Assembly: GCA_965223265.1 (NCBI GenBank)
Contig: OZ244999.1
Location: 4,384,001 to 4,448,000 of the forward strand
Direction of reading: 5' to 3'
Source of the DNA: Planctomycetota bacterium
Lineage (GTDB): Bacteria; Planctomycetota; UBA8108; SXIK01
DNA length: 64,000 nucleotides
A program made the position numbers and the translations under genes. Under the pieces are notes generated by a model. It saw only the letters and a list, made by a program, of their open reading frames with translations. It was not told the DNA's origin and did no database searches. This document shows positions 61,901 through 64,000 of this stretch, one piece after another (the first letter of the stretch is position 1; every line of letters starts with the position of its first letter).

Positions 61901-62164
61901 TTCTTCATCCGTGGTGACGCCAACGTCGACGGCGTGGTCGACCTGGACGACTCCGGGGTGATCAACGCTTTCGTCTTCGGGGAATCGGACTCGGTTCCTT
62001 GCCGTGACGCCGTGGACGTCAACGACGACGGAGAACTCTCGGTCAGTGACGCAACATTCTTCCTGCGTTTCTTTCTGCAAGGCGACGTCGAGCCACCGGC
62101 GCCGTTCCCCGATCCAGGCATGGATCCGACGGAAGACTCGCTCGACTGCGAACAAGGAATCTAA
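58988..62164 (+). CDS. lipoprotein: 2x Big_5 Ig + FG-GAP repeats + 2 cohesin-like domains + dockerin-like domain
   Basis: Lipobox AVGC; SVTPSDGA..V...I.FS Ig domains; GDFNLD/GDLDVDGD repeats; two ~150-aa beta domains with G(Y/F)DP..L; C-terminal FIRGDAN..D.NDDG. Confidence 0.85.
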   Translation: MRSPRETVSLLHVSRASLWIATFALAAAVGCNDSSSSGGGGGSGMPPGTPGTATVSVVSVTPSDGANDVATSAAVQIEFSADVDAATVTAANFQVSGSVTGLVAGAYAYDGTNFVATFTPDEEFAFGETIAVDLTTDIKAADGGAFDGFMSSFTIEASPPLPANLVTIESASPERAAQGVDANAEVNVLLSDSVVPSSVNVATAWLNSSLTGRVAAQLVLMDSSRRIRMFPSRPFRAGEVITVHLSALIEPADAAQVFVGESFRFRVASAATDLTNARRSVTSAVTTIKELLSGDFNLDDHLDLAYLTDGGREIHFLLGDGSGDFPGRARVGFPMELLSIATGDLDVDGDVDFIVGTLTGVATATNLAAQQNVAGDEVRFTPSSEVILGSAVRGIVAGDIDFLGDLDYVLDTDAGLEVRLGSLASNSVQVLGASRQAASPLRLDDLNLDGQVDLVYGAATGTRLAYRLGRLPDVNGGQGGNDATNPFGPERSVEIGHGVEDLLVENLDSNATPEILVLTTAGATLEGGALRILTRNEVGGYEVEELVGPAPEAGGDGDGQGASLDTGRLALADFEGDAALDPIVSSALNERVVWIPHQSGAPLLQQGEELLRAPVALSVIAGDFTANGATEIYAAALNEVHGLIVRDDVPPPADTFHLRVVGSEARRGQASAAALLRATSSSPMDGYSLIVGYDPAVLSPQSASFVGTETESAAADFTRFQLRAGDSAVTVEAVVDVSAAVRTIPPINDAALCRLLFTVQPDAALGDSSLTLVDTLASVPAISTRFVVGSDTITPTLEDGELTIVSGDEPNGGENPNKMRAGDAAIAAGTSGLVPIFGTAEENVDAFTTILGFDPDFLDFEDVDLTGSATEPLNPEFTFLRRAPEGDHFTYTVIFDFNPPFDRQAIPAGDDFLLFSARFAVKRSTPTGAYPVMFLDGVGDPALFNIFAFGGQSILVDTQNGVIEVEGTGETFFIRGDANVDGVVDLDDSGVINAFVFGESDSVPCRDAVDVNDDGELSVSDATFFLRFFLQGDVEPPAPFPDPGMDPTEDSLDCEQGI

Positions 62165-62531
62165 CCGCTGCACCGAGTGCGCGGCCCTTCACATCAGCAC
62201 CCTCGTCAGCGGCGCTCGCAGAACGGAAACGATGGCCTCCTCAGCACGGTTGGCGGCGATTTCATGTGCGCCGAAACGGCTCTTGGTCCGTAGCTCGCGG
62301 GAGCCAGCCTGAGGTCTCTGCGTGCGCAGTTCGCCAGCCCGAGTCGTCCCACGCCAGCGCCGGCATCCGCTCCTCCAAGTCGACCCAAAATACATCCATA
62401 ACTCACTACGCAAAAATATCTTACAACTCCCCCTTGACGACAAAACGGCCTTACCTACGGCTGCTTCTCAGCGGCTCCAGTTCTGGAGGTGTGCGCCCTG
62501 CAGCAGCTTAGAACAATCTCAGAAAAACCCC

Positions 62532-62560
62532 TTGCGGGCCCAACCACGATCCTTTAGATT
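62532..62560 (+). promoter_or_regulatory. sigma70-like promoter
   Basis: TTGCGG-17 bp-TAGATT preceded by an A-tract; a weaker tandem candidate TTGACG lies at 62434. Confidence 0.6.
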
Positions 62561-62566
62561 TCCCTT

Positions 62567-62875
62567 CCCTCGAGCACCGCTCAAAGCGACGGGCTTGGTG
62601 GGGAAAAGAAGCTTCCGAACCCGGTCAAAGTCAGGCGGACAGCCTTCGGAAACGGAGATTGTGAGGACTCGTCGTCGAACGGTCTCCGAAGCGGCAAGAC
62701 GACTTGAACGACCGTGTTTGGACGCAGCTCGACGTCCCCGGCTGTGGGTCTGTAGTCAATTTCTAGGTTGACCCAGACGGTGATTTTGTCGACACAAACA
62801 AGCCAATCTGATTGAGATCCGTTCTCCGCCAGGTGAAGACCAGTTCATGCCGCTGGTTCTCGCCTGGCTTTTTTG
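62567..62875 (+). ncRNA. candidate structured ncRNA of unknown class (~310 nt)
   Basis: Bracketed by a promoter and a terminator, no credible ORF, several stems, downstream gene convergent. Confidence 0.55.
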
Positions 62876-62878
62876 TTT
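62828..62878 (+). terminator. rho-independent terminator
   Basis: GCCAGGTGAAGACCAG / CTGGTTCTCGCCTGGC stem followed by TTTTTTGTTT. Confidence 0.85.
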
Positions 62879-63125
62879 GAGGCGGATCTTCGACCACTCG
62901 GAGACTCCGGCATTTGCGGTAGCGCCCGCTTCAGCTAGCGGTGCCCCTCGCGGAATGCCCCGGGCTGCGTTTGTTCAGACACCCCGCTGCGTAGGTCTAC
63001 CTCGGGAGCGTGCGCGGCCGCCGCGACCCGGGCGAGATGACACGCTCGAGGGCCCCTCTTGGAGATCTGAGACGAGCAGAGCTCCCCGGCTGCCGGCGCA
63101 GCGGCCATGTGGCCCAGCCCGAGCT

Positions 63126-64000
63126 TCAGGACCCGCCTTCGGCCGGCTGCGCGGCTGGATCGCTCGTCGTCGGCGCGGCGTCGCCGCTGCTCGCGCCTTC
63201 GTCGGTGGGTGCCGCGCTGCCGTCACTCTCCCCGGCTGGGTCGATCTCTGTGCCCTCTTGCGGCTCTTCCCCATCCTCTGCGGGCTCCTCCGGCTCTTCC
63301 TCCTTCGGTAGGAAGTCTTCGAGTTTCTTATCCCAGCTGCCGAACTTGTATTTCAACATTCGATAGACGCGGTCGGCATTGGCCGCATCGGAGATGCGAA
63401 AGTAGTGTCCGTCGTCTTCACCCTTGTCGTTCTTGATCGTGTCGCCAAAGGCCACTTCGAACGACAGCAACGCGCCCTCGGGCTCGTCCTTGCGGCGATA
63501 CTGCATCGCAGCACGAAGCTGAGGCTGATCAAGACCGTAGGCCGCAGGTTCCTTCGGCTCGACGACATCCTCGACGCTGATGGTCTGCCCGGCATTGAGG
63601 ATGCCGCGCGCTACATAAGACTGACCGCTCTCAACCTCGTGGGTCTCCGTGCCGCTCGTGACGACGAAGTACTCCTCGCGCTTCGTCTCCGGTTCACTCT
63701 TCTCCCCTTCGCCATCCTTGTCCGCGCTCGAGTCGTCCTCCGGCGCGTCGACGGGGACGTCGCGGAACCGCCGTTCCACGAGAAGGTCTTGCTGCTCAGG
63801 TCGAACGACTCGGACCGACTGAATCTCCATGTCACTCGGCAGCTTGAAGACGTCTTTTTCGATGTAGTTCTTCCCTTCAGCATCGTCCCCCCACAGACTA
63901 GCATCCGAGCGCAGGTTCGTCGCCACGCGATACGTCGCATCTTCATCATCGAAACGGACGAAAACGCGTGTGTTCGTAATGCTACCGCCGGTCGCCGTCT
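63126..64000 (-). CDS. DUF4340-like domain protein, 5' end outside window
   Basis: Frame open to the window edge; FVR...TY, YGLDQP, FGD...YFR...RVY pattern; acidic tail. Confidence 0.65.
   Translation of the reverse strand, partial: TATGGSITNTRVFVRFDDEDATYRVATNLRSDASLWGDDAEGKNYIEKDVFKLPSDMEIQSVRVVRPEQQDLLVERRFRDVPVDAPEDDSSADKDGEGEKSEPETKREEYFVVTSGTETHEVESGQSYVARGILNAGQTISVEDVVEPKEPAAYGLDQPQLRAAMQYRRKDEPEGALLSFEVAFGDTIKNDKGEDDGHYFRISDAANADRVYRMLKYKFGSWDKKLEDFLPKEEEPEEPAEDGEEPQEGTEIDPAGESDGSAAPTDEGASSGDAAPTTSDPAAQPAEGGS

Noticed and set aside
62567-62875. Assignment as tmRNA, RNase P, SRP or 6S RNA
   Set aside because: Diagnostic motifs are missing (only TCAGG..CAGCC and CTTGAAC fragments); 6S cannot be fully excluded without a covariance search
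62322-63311. ORFs 62322-62771 and 62847-63311 on the + strand
   Set aside because: No convincing RBS, Arg/Pro-rich shadow composition, and they cross the promoter/terminator or overlap the convergent gene
1-64000. Numerous short overlapping or antisense ORFs; tRNA/rRNA search
   Set aside because: Expected shadow ORFs in high-GC DNA; no cloverleaf or rRNA signature seen by eye

Overview
GC-rich chromosomal window, very probably from a Planctomycetota genome (PVC small basic signature protein, PSCyt1-type cytochrome domain, DUF1800/DUF1501 pair, F(R/I)RGDAN dockerin-like modules). Housekeeping genes (queF, thrS, carB, prfB, pyrF, a YhaO/YhaN-like pair) are interspersed with large secreted or surface proteins. 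No tRNA, rRNA, CRISPR array or intact transposase was seen. Best leads: (1) an ORF-free, hairpin-rich ~310-nt transcription unit with its own sigma70-like promoter and intrinsic terminator (62567-62875), a candidate unclassified ncRNA whose 3' motifs recur at ~22.1 kb; (2) a putative non-cellulolytic cohesin/dockerin surface system (lipoprotein with 2 cohesin-like domains plus a dockerin; dockerin-tagged DUF1800 protein); (3) a Na/Pi cotransporter fused to a lipoprotein Ig-like ectodomain, divergent from a Ppx-like gene; (4) an active/inactive pair of TPR-DUF3857-transglutaminase proteins; (5) a 3035-aa sugar dehydrogenase-like protein built on 1797-bp tandem repeats. All family calls come from motif recognition by eye; no database searches or folding programs were run.
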